Shown piece after piece: positions 38,917-49,518 of a DNA stretch of 64,000 bases. This stretch comes from an uncultured Spirochaetota bacterium (GTDB lineage Bacteria > Spirochaetota > Brevinematia > Brevinematales > JAOACQ01). The stretch spans positions 544,001 through 608,000 of the forward strand of contig CAWIGG010000004.1 in assembly GCA_963835575.1 (NCBI GenBank), written 5' to 3'. Made by a program: the position numbers and the translations under genes. Position 1 is the first letter of the stretch. Each line of letters starts with the position of its first letter. The notes below the pieces were generated by a model that was given only the letters and a program-made list of their open reading frames with translations, had not been told where the DNA came from and searched no databases.

Positions 38917-39900
38917 CTATTTCGTAAAAATGATCTCCGAATCAGGCCCGACGTTAAATTCCTTGGGCGACTCGGATAAATAAGAATTATCGCCGATTAG
39001 AGAGCTGTCCAGAATCGTATTTTCGACTATTGTTTCGATGCCGATGATGGAATTGGTGATCACGGCGTTCTTGACGCATGAACCCTCGGAGATAGAGACA
39101 TACGGGCCTATGATCGAATTCTCTATTGTTGTGTCATTTCCTATAAAAACCGGCGGGACAATAATACTGCCGGGGATCTTATCATTCGTTGCGTGCCTCT
39201 CCAGCATGATTTTATTTGTCTGGAGAAGGGTTTCTTTTTCCCCGCAGTCGTACCATTCCGGGACATTAAAGACCTTGAATTTATCACCCCTGTACATCAT
39301 TGTTTTCATGGCGTCAGTCAGCTGGTACTCATCGCGGGTCTTGATTTTTTCATCTATGATATGCTTTATGGAATCAAAAAGCTTGTAAGCGCTTGTGAAA
39401 TAATAAATACCGGCTATCGCCAGGTTGCTCGGCGGCGTTTCAGGCTTTTCTATCATGTTTGTGACATATCCGTTCTTGTCAACCATGACAATGCCGTATT
39501 TACGGGGATCGTCCGGTGTCATGGTGCCGATCATATTGGTTTCCGAATTAATAATGCCGCCGATATCGGCGGAGAATATAATATCGCCGAGGAGGATCAG
39601 CACCGGCTCATCCTGAGTAAATTCGCCTTTAGCCTGGTCTATGGCATGCCCCAGCCCATTATAATCCGTCTGGCGTATGAATTTCATGGGGCTGTGATAG
39701 GTTGCCCGGAGATAGCTTTTTATCTGGTCGCCCAGGTGGCCGATGATAAAAATTATTTCTGAAAAATCAATGTTCTGCACCTGTTCCATGATGTAACCGA
39801 TGATCGGTTTGCCGGCAACACGGATAAGAGACTTCGGGATCACATGGGTGTGAGGCCTGAGCCTTGTCCCTTTTCCGGCTATCGGCATGATGATTTTCAT
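38917..39900 (-). CDS. sugar-phosphate nucleotidyltransferase (glucose-1-P thymidylyltransferase-like, long form)
   Basis: AGKGTRLRPHT, EKP, C-terminal hexapeptide repeats. Confidence 0.85.
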   Translation of the reverse strand: MKIIMPIAGKGTRLRPHTHVIPKSLIRVAGKPIIGYIMEQVQNIDFSEIIFIIGHLGDQIKSYLRATYHSPMKFIRQTDYNGLGHAIDQAKGEFTQDEPVLILLGDIIFSADIGGIINSETNMIGTMTPDDPRKYGIVMVDKNGYVTNMIEKPETPPSNLAIAGIYYFTSAYKLFDSIKHIIDEKIKTRDEYQLTDAMKTMMYRGDKFKVFNVPEWYDCGEKETLLQTNKIMLERHATNDKIPGSIIVPPVFIGNDTTIENSIIGPYVSISEGSCVKNAVITNSIIGIETIVENTILDSSLIGDNSYLSESPKEFNVGPDSEIIFTK

Positions 39901-40095
39901 TCTGTTCCTCCGTTGTTTCTGACAGGTTTATTATAATTAAAAAAAGGGGAGATGTAAACAGAATAACCCTGTTGTTTTCAAAATCCGGGAAATGACGCCG
40001 CAATGGCAAAAAAAAGTAATTCAATTGAGTTGACGAAAACCCCGCCGCCCTTTAAAATAAATATCTTTTTTTTTTAAGTACCCATGAGAGGATTT

Positions 40096-41784
40096 ATGGA
40101 CGAGAACAAGGTTATTACGATACAATCAGATAAAACCATCCTGCTTGACACGCATCATCCTCAATTTGAAGAAGTTAGAAAAAAGCTGGTCAATTTTTCA
40201 GAGCTTGTCAAGACGCCCGAGCACATTCATTTTTACCGTATTACGCCCATTTCTCTCTGGAATTCCGCCGCTAACGGCGTTCCGCTCGATGATATTCTGA
40301 ATACTCTGGACATCTATAAAAAATATGATATACCCAGGAATGTTTTTGAATATGTCAAACGGCATTACACGATTTACGGTAAAATTTTATTTGAAAGTGT
40401 TGATAATGAAAAGATGATGATCCGCATTGAAGAAGATAAAATTTTTGAAAGGGTCAAAAGCCTGATTGAGAAATACATCATTGAGGAAAAAGCGGATAGG
40501 GTCCTGATCGTCGAGAAGAAATGGCGCGGCAGCATCAAGACGGAACTGATCAAGCATCTGATGCCCGTAAAGGACGTGGCCGGTTTTGACAGCGGCAATA
40601 AGATGGAATTTGATCTCAGAAAGCAGAGCCTTGAAGAAAAGGATTTTGCCATGAGGTATTATCAATCGGAAGCGGTTTACAGTTTTTCAAAATGGAAGGA
40701 AGGCAGCGGCATCATAGTACTCCCATGCGGCGCGGGGAAAACGATAGTCGGTATCGGGATTATGCGCGATATCAGCGAATATACCCTGATTATCACGACC
40801 AGCGTCGAAGCCATCAGGCAGTGGAAAAGGGAGATCCTCGATAAAACGTCGCTTTCGGAGGATGATGTCGGCGAATTTACAGCCCAGGTCAAGGATATCA
40901 AACCGGTCACCATTACAACCTATAATATGCTGATCCATAAGAGCAATAAAAGCGAGGAGATGCGCAACATCAATATCTTTACAGATAAAAACTGGGGTCT
41001 CATCATTTATGACGAGGTCCATATCCTTCCGGCGCCGATTTTCCGTATGACAACCATCATACAGAGTAAGCGCAGGCTCGGCCTGACGGCCACTCTGGTG
41101 CGTGAGGATAACCTGGAAAGCGAAGTCTTTACCCTGATCGGGCCCAAGATTTATGAATATCCATGGAAGGCCCTTGAAAAAGAGGGCTGGATAGCGCAGG
41201 CCATCTGTTATGAGATTAAAGTCCCTCTCAGCGAAAAGGATTATAATGAATATATCAATTCCAATCAGCGGTATAAGTTCCGCATAGCTTCCGAGAATTT
41301 ACGTAAGGATATTATTGTTAAAAAGCTGATGGAAAAATATAAAGACAACCATATTCTGATCATCGGGCATTATATATCCCAGCTTGAACAGTTATCGAGG
41401 ATGCTTAAAATCCCTCTGATCACCGGCGAAACCCCGAACCAGGACCGGGAAAAGATGTACAGGGATTTCCGAAAGGGTAATATTCCCGCGCTGGCCATTT
41501 CGAGAGTGGGTAATTTTTCCATAGACCTTCCTGTCGCGGATGTGGCCATCCAGGTTTCGGGAATATTCGGTTCAAGGCAGGAGGAAGCCCAGAGGCTCGG
41601 CAGGATACTGCGGCCGCAGGTCGGGAAATCCTATTTTTATACCCTGGTATCAAAGGATACTCTCGAAGAAGAATTTGCGAAAAAAAGGCAGATGTTCCTT
41701 CTGGAACAGGGATATCAATATAACATTATAAACACAAGCGAAAGGGACCATCTGACGGAATTAAAGGAAATGGCTTTCGGATAA
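40096..41784 (+). CDS. bacterial XPB/Rad25-family DNA helicase
   Basis: VLPCGAGKT, DEVH, LGLTATLVRED, QRLGRILR. Confidence 0.9.
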   Translation: MDENKVITIQSDKTILLDTHHPQFEEVRKKLVNFSELVKTPEHIHFYRITPISLWNSAANGVPLDDILNTLDIYKKYDIPRNVFEYVKRHYTIYGKILFESVDNEKMMIRIEEDKIFERVKSLIEKYIIEEKADRVLIVEKKWRGSIKTELIKHLMPVKDVAGFDSGNKMEFDLRKQSLEEKDFAMRYYQSEAVYSFSKWKEGSGIIVLPCGAGKTIVGIGIMRDISEYTLIITTSVEAIRQWKREILDKTSLSEDDVGEFTAQVKDIKPVTITTYNMLIHKSNKSEEMRNINIFTDKNWGLIIYDEVHILPAPIFRMTTIIQSKRRLGLTATLVREDNLESEVFTLIGPKIYEYPWKALEKEGWIAQAICYEIKVPLSEKDYNEYINSNQRYKFRIASENLRKDIIVKKLMEKYKDNHILIIGHYISQLEQLSRMLKIPLITGETPNQDREKMYRDFRKGNIPALAISRVGNFSIDLPVADVAIQVSGIFGSRQEEAQRLGRILRPQVGKSYFYTLVSKDTLEEEFAKKRQMFLLEQGYQYNIINTSERDHLTELKEMAFG

Positions 41785-41797
41785 AGGGGGACATGCT

Positions 41798-43531
41798 ATG
41801 TTTCAGGGAGAAACCAGCGCGTTATCAAGCAAAGCGGTGAAGGATTGGTTAATAAAAGAAGAACCCAAACTCATTAAAAAAATATATGATTTTTATTTTA
41901 AAACTGAAGAAGAGCTTTCCTTTGACAGCGCGGAAAATTCAAAGAGGCTTGAGAAAGTATCGGATTATTTATCGCAGAACGCCGCTGTCATTTACTCGGG
42001 TTTGAATCAATACGAAAAACTGCTGCTCTATATCATGAAAAGCGGTTTCGGCTGGATTGTTTATGAAAATATTGAGTCGACTTTAAAAATTATATCAAAG
42101 ATCTTTCATTTTGACTATGATGATCTGTCAAAAGCGATGGAATCGCTCTTTAAAAAATTCCTTATTTTTAAATTTGAAAGGTTGAAAAATTACAGCTTTT
42201 TCTTTTCCCCGCCCGTTTTCCTGAGGAATATCGACAATACCATGAATAAAGAGGAAATTTTCGGGGAAGAAGATTCCCCGCAGTTTTCCAAAGACCTGTT
42301 AAGCCACCAGTACATACCGCTCATAGCGGGATTAATATCCTATGTCGTGACGTATTCCCCCCGGAGTTCTGAAACAAATGAAATTCATAAAATCGACCTG
42401 GCAAAAATGCTTGAGTTTTTTGAGGATTTTTCAGAAAAGGAATATCTGGAGCAGGTGATAAAAAAGCTGACACGCTTCGGTTTCTTCCAGAAGTTCAACA
42501 ACAGGATCATCATCAACAAGTCGCTTTTTGACGCCATTATCAATTTATCCATCAATGAACAGCTCTTTATCATTTTTCTTTATGAATTTATGGATAAATT
42601 TGATTTCAGGAAAAGCGCTTTTATGACGCTTAAAATACTCGCCGTTCAGACATTTACTAAAAAGACCGGGATGCCGCTCCGTGAGCTTTTCTTCCATTAT
42701 CTGAATAATGAGATATATATTTCATTGAAAAATGAGCCGAAGAACCTCAAATTCCTTCTCAAGCAGGAAGAACTGAAATTCATGTATTTTGTCAAAAGCC
42801 TGGAATTGGAAAATATCGCCGTGCTGAAAAGACAGTATCCCGATGTCATTTCGATTGCCACCGATTATATCATTATGAACGAGCCGCATACATCACTCCT
42901 GAATAATATTGATTTTTCACACAAATTCGTGGAAGAGAAATTCATTGTGGAAACCAATTATGAGACGATAGTGGAGCCATATCTCAGACCGGATATTCTC
43001 TTCAGGCTTGCTTTGATTTCCGAGCCGCTGACCATACAGACGATTTCCATGTTCCGGATAACAAAAGAATCCATATACCGCTCTTTTGCTTACGGGATTA
43101 AAAAAGAAGAAATACTCGAATTTCTGAACATGTATTCCAAGCATCCGGTGCCGGCGATCGTCAGCGAGGGCATCAGAAGTTTTGTCGGCAGCCTGACGCC
43201 TGAAAATATGAACACCTATAAAATCATCCAGGTCAGCGCGCATTTCTCTTCATTAATTAAAGATCATTTCAAAAATCAAATCATCGAAGTGGAGCCGCAT
43301 ACATTTCTCGTTTTTGAGGCGGAGCTGTTAAAAAGAATAGAGGCATACTGCAAGAGCCAGCGTATTACCATCCGCTTTATCAATGATTTTTTAAACGAGA
43401 AATACAGCGCGTCTCTCATACAGAACATGTTCTCGCATAATATTAAACATCTCCATACGATGAAGGACTTTTTCGATTATTACGGTAATGAGCCGATGGG
43501 CGTGAATTTAAAGATCGATAACGGCATTTGA
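41798..43531 (+). CDS. XPB-associated protein with a helicase-associated (Helicase_C_3-like) domain
   Basis: IVETNYE...FRITKESIYRS...ILEFL..SKHPVP, similar to the XPB N-terminus. Confidence 0.65.
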   Translation: MFQGETSALSSKAVKDWLIKEEPKLIKKIYDFYFKTEEELSFDSAENSKRLEKVSDYLSQNAAVIYSGLNQYEKLLLYIMKSGFGWIVYENIESTLKIISKIFHFDYDDLSKAMESLFKKFLIFKFERLKNYSFFFSPPVFLRNIDNTMNKEEIFGEEDSPQFSKDLLSHQYIPLIAGLISYVVTYSPRSSETNEIHKIDLAKMLEFFEDFSEKEYLEQVIKKLTRFGFFQKFNNRIIINKSLFDAIINLSINEQLFIIFLYEFMDKFDFRKSAFMTLKILAVQTFTKKTGMPLRELFFHYLNNEIYISLKNEPKNLKFLLKQEELKFMYFVKSLELENIAVLKRQYPDVISIATDYIIMNEPHTSLLNNIDFSHKFVEEKFIVETNYETIVEPYLRPDILFRLALISEPLTIQTISMFRITKESIYRSFAYGIKKEEILEFLNMYSKHPVPAIVSEGIRSFVGSLTPENMNTYKIIQVSAHFSSLIKDHFKNQIIEVEPHTFLVFEAELLKRIEAYCKSQRITIRFINDFLNEKYSASLIQNMFSHNIKHLHTMKDFFDYYGNEPMGVNLKIDNGI

Positions 43532-43735
43532 CCGGAACCGGGTTGTGCTGTAATTATATTGTTCGTTTTTTATAAACCGGCTTGATTTTTTAATTTGTAA
43601 TTTATACCCCGGAGAGGGTATCAAAAAATCTTACTTTGATATAAATTCGGTAAAAATTTGTTATTTGCTTTTTATTTCATTATAATACTTTGTGGAATTG
43701 AGACTGGGGCTTTTTCCCTGAGAAGGAGGAAAAAT

Positions 43736-44203
43736 ATGAGATTGTCTGAGTTATTAAAACAGGAATATGTAAAAATAGGATTGAATGGAAAGATAAAAGA
43801 CGAGCTCCTGCAGGAAATTGCGGGATTTATTTCACAGGCCCATCCGGCCATAGAGAAGAAAGACGCCTATAAAGCGATTTCCGAGAGGGAAAAGAAGGGT
43901 TCTACAGGCCTGGGCAACGGGCTTGCGATTCCGCATGGAAGAAGCGCCAAAGTCGACGGCATGCATCTTGTTGTTATTTACGACGCGGATGGAAAGGATT
44001 TTGAGGCATATGATAAAAAACCGTCGCATCTCTTTTTTGCGGCAGTCACTTCAGAGGACTACAGTCCCCATGAACAGCTTGAAATCCTGCGTATTATCGC
44101 TGAAATTTATGAAAAAACAGATATCGGAACCGCCATTTCCAAAGTTAAAAACACAATGGATGTTTATAACCTCCTTATGAAAAAGGAAGATGAGATATCC
44201 TGA
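43736..44203 (+). CDS. PTS IIA (Fru/Ntr-type) domain protein
   Basis: EREKKGSTGLGNGLAIPHGR. Confidence 0.85.
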   Translation: MRLSELLKQEYVKIGLNGKIKDELLQEIAGFISQAHPAIEKKDAYKAISEREKKGSTGLGNGLAIPHGRSAKVDGMHLVVIYDADGKDFEAYDKKPSHLFFAAVTSEDYSPHEQLEILRIIAEIYEKTDIGTAISKVKNTMDVYNLLMKKEDEIS

Positions 44204-44215
44204 GGGGCTTAAATA

Positions 44216-44926
44216 ATGCCTCAGAAAAGAAGAAGAAAAAGAAGTAAATTCGCGCCGCTGGTCTGGATCCTGACTGCGGCTGTAATAGCTTTTTTTGTCG
44301 CCTTTTCCAATACGTATAAATCAATCCCTTTCTTTCAAAAAAGTCCTCAAACAAACGCTCAGGCGCCGGTTTTTAATTTAACCAATCTTCTGCCCGGGAT
44401 AACGCCGGTCCAGAATGTTTCTTCAAGTATATCCTCTCAAGGCGAATCTTCGAAGATAAGCATTATTGCTCCCACAAATATCGTGACAAATACGGGTCAG
44501 CCAGTTGTCAGGGTAAAAATATACCTGGCCAAGCAGGGGGCTTCCGATATCAGCCTGGTGGAAAAAATAGTGGAAATACCGAGGACTCAGGCCCTTTTAA
44601 AAGATACGCTCCAGACATTGATCGGTTATAATGATGAAAAGCTTCTTAACCTTGTTCCCATTCATACTAAAATCAGAAAGATCTGGATCAAAGACGGGAT
44701 CGCCCATATTGATTTGAGCGATGAATTTTCATACAATTCGAACGGCCCTGTCGGCTATAAAGTGCAGGTTTATCAGATAGTCTATACCGCGGCGCAGTTC
44801 GCGTCCGTCAAGGCTGTGACATTTTATATCGAAGGTAAACTCGCTCAATATCTGGGAGGGGACGGATATCCTCTGAACAATCCTATTTATCCCTATTCTT
44901 ATCTGCCTAAATTCCCTCTGCAGTAG
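44216..44926 (+). CDS. GerMN-domain membrane-anchored protein
   Basis: N-terminal TM helix; IDLSDEF, QIVYTAAQFASVKAVTFYIEG. Confidence 0.85.
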   Translation: MPQKRRRKRSKFAPLVWILTAAVIAFFVAFSNTYKSIPFFQKSPQTNAQAPVFNLTNLLPGITPVQNVSSSISSQGESSKISIIAPTNIVTNTGQPVVRVKIYLAKQGASDISLVEKIVEIPRTQALLKDTLQTLIGYNDEKLLNLVPIHTKIRKIWIKDGIAHIDLSDEFSYNSNGPVGYKVQVYQIVYTAAQFASVKAVTFYIEGKLAQYLGGDGYPLNNPIYPYSYLPKFPLQ

Positions 44927-44956
44927 AGACAATGCACTGCATTGTCTCTACTGCAG
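44918..44956. repeat. GTAG-type REP-like palindrome
   Basis: ctgcaGTAGAGACAATGCA-c-TGCATTGTCTCTACtgcag between convergent genes. Confidence 0.7.
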
Positions 44957-44995
44957 ATTACCATCCCACCATTCTGTAATTTGAGGGTTCTAAGT

Positions 44996-46420
44996 TTATT
45001 TTCCTGTTTTTATTGTCAGCACGCTGGTTTTTACTGCTCTTTCATTATAAATACCTGGCAGTTGTTTCCTGACCATCGCGGCAAGCTCATCTTCAGAAAT
45101 AGCTGTTATGCGGCCTTCCTCATACTCTTTCTGGACCCAGGAATATATCTCCTTAACGGAAGCGTTGTCCTTATGGATTTCTTTTGACTTGTCCAGATTA
45201 AAATAGACATTAATCCACGCGCATATCCCGGCGGTCCCGGATTTATCCGTAATGATGACTTCCGGCTGTCTGTCCAGTATTTTTTTTGTATCGAAAATAT
45301 TATAGATTTCCTCGTCTTTTAAAAGCCCCCCCGCTCTTGTCGTGTTAAAATCCTTGCCGACAAACGGCATATTGCCGGGGATCAGCGTATTTGTATAAGT
45401 TTCCAGGAAATTGCGGATTTTGGTTATGACGTTTAAGTCCATGCCGTTTGTTGATCCGAAAAGCTGTGCATATTCAACTGCCATGCCTTCAAGCGGAGTA
45501 TTGCCCGTTCTTTCCCCGAAACCGAGGATGGTGGTATTGACCGCGCAGCAGCCGTAAAGCCAGGCCGTCGACGCGTTGACCAGCGCTTTGTAAAAATCAT
45601 TATGGCCGTGCCATTCCAGCTGTTCGGACGGCACGCCTCCGTATTCCTTCAGGCCGTAAATGATCCCCTGTACCGAACGGGGCAGGGATGAGCCCGGATA
45701 TGTAACGCCGAGGCCCAGCGTATCGCAGGCGCGGATCTTTATGGGGACTTTCGCTTCCGCGGCCAGCTTCATCAGCTCCGCGGCAAAGGGCACGACAAAG
45801 CCGTAAAAATCTGCGCGGGTAATGTCCTCAAAATGGCACCTTGGGGTGACGCCGGCCGCCAGCGCGTCTTTCACGATGCCCAGGTACTGGTCAAGGACCT
45901 TTCCGCGGGAGAGCTTCATCTTTTTAAAAATATGATAATCGGAAACGGAAGTGAGGATCCCTGTTTCCTTCATGCCTATTTTTTTAACCAGTTCAAAATC
46001 TGATTTATTCGCCCGGACCCAGGAAGTGATTTCCGGGTATTTATAGTCAAGCGCCATGCATTTTTCCATGGCTTCCCGGTCCCTTTTGCTGTATATGAAA
46101 AACTCGGTCTGGCGGATCATGCCCTTTTTCCCGCCCAGCTGTTTGAGAAATTTAAAGATCTGCACAATATGCCCGGTTTCATAAGGCGGGTGCGCCTGCT
46201 GGCCGTCGCGGAATGAAGTGTCGGTTATCCAGACTTCCGGAGGCGTCTGCATCGGGACAAAACGCTCGTTGAAAGGTATTTTAGGTATTTCAGTATAGGG
46301 AAAAATATTACGGTAATACTGGCCTTCATCTGTATCGACAAGATGGTAAGTGTCCGGAACGGCGCGCAGTCTGCCGGTCCTGTCCGATTTAAAAAGCGGT
46401 TTATCTAAATCGAATTCCAT
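44996..46420 (-). CDS. Re-citrate synthase-like DRE-TIM (LeuA family) enzyme
   Basis: ITDTSFRDGQQ, HFEDITRAD, EWHGHND, GERTGN; the GIHADG motif is reduced to GG. Confidence 0.8.
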   Translation of the reverse strand: MEFDLDKPLFKSDRTGRLRAVPDTYHLVDTDEGQYYRNIFPYTEIPKIPFNERFVPMQTPPEVWITDTSFRDGQQAHPPYETGHIVQIFKFLKQLGGKKGMIRQTEFFIYSKRDREAMEKCMALDYKYPEITSWVRANKSDFELVKKIGMKETGILTSVSDYHIFKKMKLSRGKVLDQYLGIVKDALAAGVTPRCHFEDITRADFYGFVVPFAAELMKLAAEAKVPIKIRACDTLGLGVTYPGSSLPRSVQGIIYGLKEYGGVPSEQLEWHGHNDFYKALVNASTAWLYGCCAVNTTILGFGERTGNTPLEGMAVEYAQLFGSTNGMDLNVITKIRNFLETYTNTLIPGNMPFVGKDFNTTRAGGLLKDEEIYNIFDTKKILDRQPEVIITDKSGTAGICAWINVYFNLDKSKEIHKDNASVKEIYSWVQKEYEEGRITAISEDELAAMVRKQLPGIYNERAVKTSVLTIKTGK

Positions 46421-46489
46421 AATATGCCCCCGCATGGATTTATTAAAAAACCGGCAATTATTATAAAGTATGAAATAAAAAAAAACAAT

Positions 46490-46551
46490 GCCTCACCCCC
46501 GTCCCCGTCCCCTCTCCAAATTTGGAGAGGGGACGGGGACGGGGGTGAGGC
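46490..46551. repeat. 62-bp perfect GC-rich palindrome (CCTCTCC/GGAGAGG REP-like)
   Basis: gcctcacccccgtccccgtcccctctccaaa|tttggagaggggacggggacgggggtgaggc. Confidence 0.75.
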
Positions 46552-46616
46552 GGGGTGAAGTATTTTGCCAAAATCACTGCTTCGGTTTAAAATATAAGCT
46601 TGTATAAGGAGCACAA

Positions 46617-47294
46617 ATGAAAGCATTACTCTTTGACATTGACGGGACTCTTTTAAATTCCCATGGCCTCGGACGCAAGGCGTTTGAGTCGGCTATAGAA
46701 GAAGCTCTGGGAATTCCTGCCGATCTGAGCGGAATAGATTGGTTTGGACGGACGGACCATGATATCCTCTCAAAATTTTTTGAGTTAAAGGGGATAAAAG
46801 ATAATCGGGCTGAAAAGATGCGGACGGTTTTCAGTATTTTTATCAAGCGCTTTGAAGATTTTGCCGGACAAAACCCTGCCGGTTTCACGCTTCTGCCCGG
46901 AGTAAAATCCCTGCTGGAATCCTTGAAAGGAAGTTGTCTGGGCCTTGTGACCGGAAATGTCATGGAAGCGGCCTATGTCAAGCTGAAGATGGCCGGCATA
47001 GCGGATTATTTTCCTTACGGCGTCGGCGGCTTCGGCAATGAGGCCGGGGACAGGTGTAGTTTATTACCTATCGCTGTTGACAGGATGAAAGGATATTATA
47101 AAGTTGGGAAATTTGATAAAGTTTACATCATCGGCGATTCGCCGCGGGATATAGAATGCGCCCATGCGAACGGGGCGCTGTGCCTTGCCGTTGCCACGGG
47201 AAAAATGAAGCCCGCCGAACTCGGTTCGTACCGGCCTGATTTTTTATTTGAGAATTTCAATGACATTCAGGCTGTTTCGGCCGTTCTGAAATAA
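46617..47294 (+). CDS. HAD-superfamily hydrolase
   Basis: FDIDGTL, VTGN, IGDSPRD. Confidence 0.9.
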   Translation: MKALLFDIDGTLLNSHGLGRKAFESAIEEALGIPADLSGIDWFGRTDHDILSKFFELKGIKDNRAEKMRTVFSIFIKRFEDFAGQNPAGFTLLPGVKSLLESLKGSCLGLVTGNVMEAAYVKLKMAGIADYFPYGVGGFGNEAGDRCSLLPIAVDRMKGYYKVGKFDKVYIIGDSPRDIECAHANGALCLAVATGKMKPAELGSYRPDFLFENFNDIQAVSAVLK

Positions 47295-47319
47295 GCCCGT
47301 CCCCTTCAGGGGACGGGCT
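47294..47319. terminator. hairpin terminator between convergent genes
   Basis: agcccgtcccc-ttca-ggggacgggct. Confidence 0.65.
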
Positions 47320-47362
47320 ATTTAAAAGCCTTTAAATGAATGACACAGTTTTTGAACTGTTT

Positions 47363-47833
47363 TTATTCCTTGACCTGCGTTGTCAGGAAAACAGGAAGGC
47401 CCATATGCCCGATCTGGTCCTGCAGGTTTTCAATATCGTCTATATGCCGGTCCTCATCCTTGAGGATCATTTCGAGGATTTCGCGCGTGGCGAAGTCCTT
47501 CACGTCCCCGGCGAGTTTAATCGCGTCATTATAAGATTTGATCGCGCCGTCTTCCAGCGAATGGTCGTTTTCAAGCTGTTTGGGTATTTCGGCCCCTATA
47601 GTGATCTTCCCATAATTTGAAACAACCGGAATGCCTTCCAGAAAGATAATCCTTCCTATGAGTTTCTCCGCATGCTTCATTTCATCGATCGCGCGTTTTT
47701 CAAAATGCTCATGAAGCTTCGCGTATCCCCAGTTTTCAGCGATTTCCGCGTGCACAATATACTGGTTGATGGCGGTCAATTCGTCCGACAGCAGTGAATT
47801 TAGGGTTTCGATTAATTCCTTGTTTCCTTTCAT
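47363..47833 (-). CDS. bfr: bacterioferritin
   Basis: ELTAINQY, DEMKHA, DEDRHID ferroxidase motifs. Confidence 0.95.
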   Translation of the reverse strand: MKGNKELIETLNSLLSDELTAINQYIVHAEIAENWGYAKLHEHFEKRAIDEMKHAEKLIGRIIFLEGIPVVSNYGKITIGAEIPKQLENDHSLEDGAIKSYNDAIKLAGDVKDFATREILEMILKDEDRHIDDIENLQDQIGHMGLPVFLTTQVKE

Positions 47834-47927
47834 GATTTATTCCTCCTATATAATTATAAATAAATATTATAGAAACTCATTGTGTAAAAAGGCCGGTTTT
47901 TTTAAACCGGACCGGTCAAAGTCCGGA

Positions 47928-48341
47928 TTATCTCCATACCGCCAATATTATTCCGATAACCAGCGCTCCGACCGCCTGATATCCCCCTTCGATAAGGAAC
48001 AGGACCGGCTTATTCTTGAAAAACAATGTGCCGGAGTTGATGGGAAAAACGAATAATATTATTGTCAACAGCGCTGTTTTAACGCCGATCCAGATCCCGG
48101 GTTTACCGGTCAGCTGTATTATAACAGCGATGCCGATAGCGAATAAAATGGCTGATACAAACTGGCCGATCATCGGCAGGACCGCCGGGTTCTGCGGTTT
48201 TTTGCCGTCCATTTTTAAGCCTATTTCCCTGCCCCAGGCGGTCCCGAATAGAGACCGGCTGTACCAGAAAGCGCCGATCGCAAAATATACGATGGAGGAG
48301 ACGATCACCGCCAGGTAATTGAGATTTAAAAAGGTTGTCAT
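47928..48341 (-). CDS. DUF1761 membrane protein
   Basis: NYLAV...IGAFWYS..LFGxAW. Confidence 0.8.
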   Translation of the reverse strand: MTTFLNLNYLAVIVSSIVYFAIGAFWYSRSLFGTAWGREIGLKMDGKKPQNPAVLPMIGQFVSAILFAIGIAVIIQLTGKPGIWIGVKTALLTIILFVFPINSGTLFFKNKPVLFLIEGGYQAVGALVIGIILAVWR

Positions 48342-48553
48342 AAAACCTCCAATATTTATTAATATCTTCAATAGAATATATTGAATGCCGGCGGTATCGG
48401 CAAGTCTATTTCAACTATTATTCATTAAACCGGAAGTTTATTAATAAAACTCAAATTTATTCGGGCGGGAATTTCTTTCGGATGTTTCGGCGGAAACTTT
48501 CCCGTGTGATAACCTGGAGGCTTTGCACAAATTAATGCTGTAAAATCCCGGCC

Positions 48554-48582
48554 TTGACATTTCAATACCGCTTTATTAAAAT
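48554..48582 (+). promoter_or_regulatory. sigma70 promoter related to the island promoters
   Basis: TTGACA-N17-TAAAAT; flanks resemble 55115-55160. Confidence 0.65.
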
Positions 48583-48657
48583 GATGAATGGAAGTTCGGA
48601 TATTATGCGACGCGTCGATGAAACATTTAAAATTACAGTTTGCCTAAAGGATATAAC

Positions 48658-49413
48658 ATGAATAAATCTTACAAATCATTAGCCGGATATTATGACTTAA
48701 TTTTCCAGCAAAAAAATTATGAAAAAGAAGCAGACTTTATTTATCAGATTAAATCCAGGTATAAACAAGACGCGGCAAAAATACTCGATGTGGGGTGCGG
48801 GACAGGCGAACATTTAAATTTACTAAAGGATAAATTTGAAATACTCCAGGGTGTCGATTTAAATAAAGAAATTATAAAAGCCGCAAAGAAAAAATCCTCA
48901 AAAATAAAATATGCCGTTGCCGGGATGGCAGATTTTAAATTCAATCAAAAGTTTGATATTATCACATGCCTTTATTCGGTATTTAATTATAATTTAACTC
49001 TTGAAGAGGCTGATAGAACTATAAAGAATTTTAAGGAACATTTGGCTGCAGGCGGCATTTTAATAATTGCCTTATATAAACCAATGAATACTAAAAAAGA
49101 GATTAGTATCCATACCGGCAAAAAAAACAATATAGAAGTTGCCAAGATCAATCAATTTTCTATAGATAATGAAACAAATATAGAAACTTCTGATTTTATA
49201 GTTCTGATAAAGAAAAATGGTAAAGTGGATTTTTCAATAGAAAACGGTCATAAAATGAAAATATTTCAATTAGAGGAATTTTCAGAACTTTTAAGAACGA
49301 ATAAATTTGAAGATATATCTGTTTATGACAATTTTACAGATACTTATGCTGTAAGTGAATCAAAGTATCCGGTTTTTGTAGCGCGAAAAAGTTTGCATCA
49401 GCGCACGGCATAG
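48658..49413 (+). CDS. class I SAM-dependent methyltransferase
   Basis: YYD, ILDVGCGTGEH, FDIITCL; AT-rich. Confidence 0.85.
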   Translation: MNKSYKSLAGYYDLIFQQKNYEKEADFIYQIKSRYKQDAAKILDVGCGTGEHLNLLKDKFEILQGVDLNKEIIKAAKKKSSKIKYAVAGMADFKFNQKFDIITCLYSVFNYNLTLEEADRTIKNFKEHLAAGGILIIALYKPMNTKKEISIHTGKKNNIEVAKINQFSIDNETNIETSDFIVLIKKNGKVDFSIENGHKMKIFQLEEFSELLRTNKFEDISVYDNFTDTYAVSESKYPVFVARKSLHQRTA

Positions 49414-49458
49414 CAAAGCTCTAAGCCTCGCGGATTTCGTAAAGTCCGGACGTTATGC
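49408..49458 (+). other. degenerate attC-like site
   Basis: GCATAGC (overlapping the stop codon)...internal hairpin...GTTATGC. Confidence 0.4.
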
Positions 49459-49518
49459 GGCATACTGCCGAGAGATATTTACAGATTTTCAAAATTACTA
49501 TAAGGGAGAAATAAAAAA

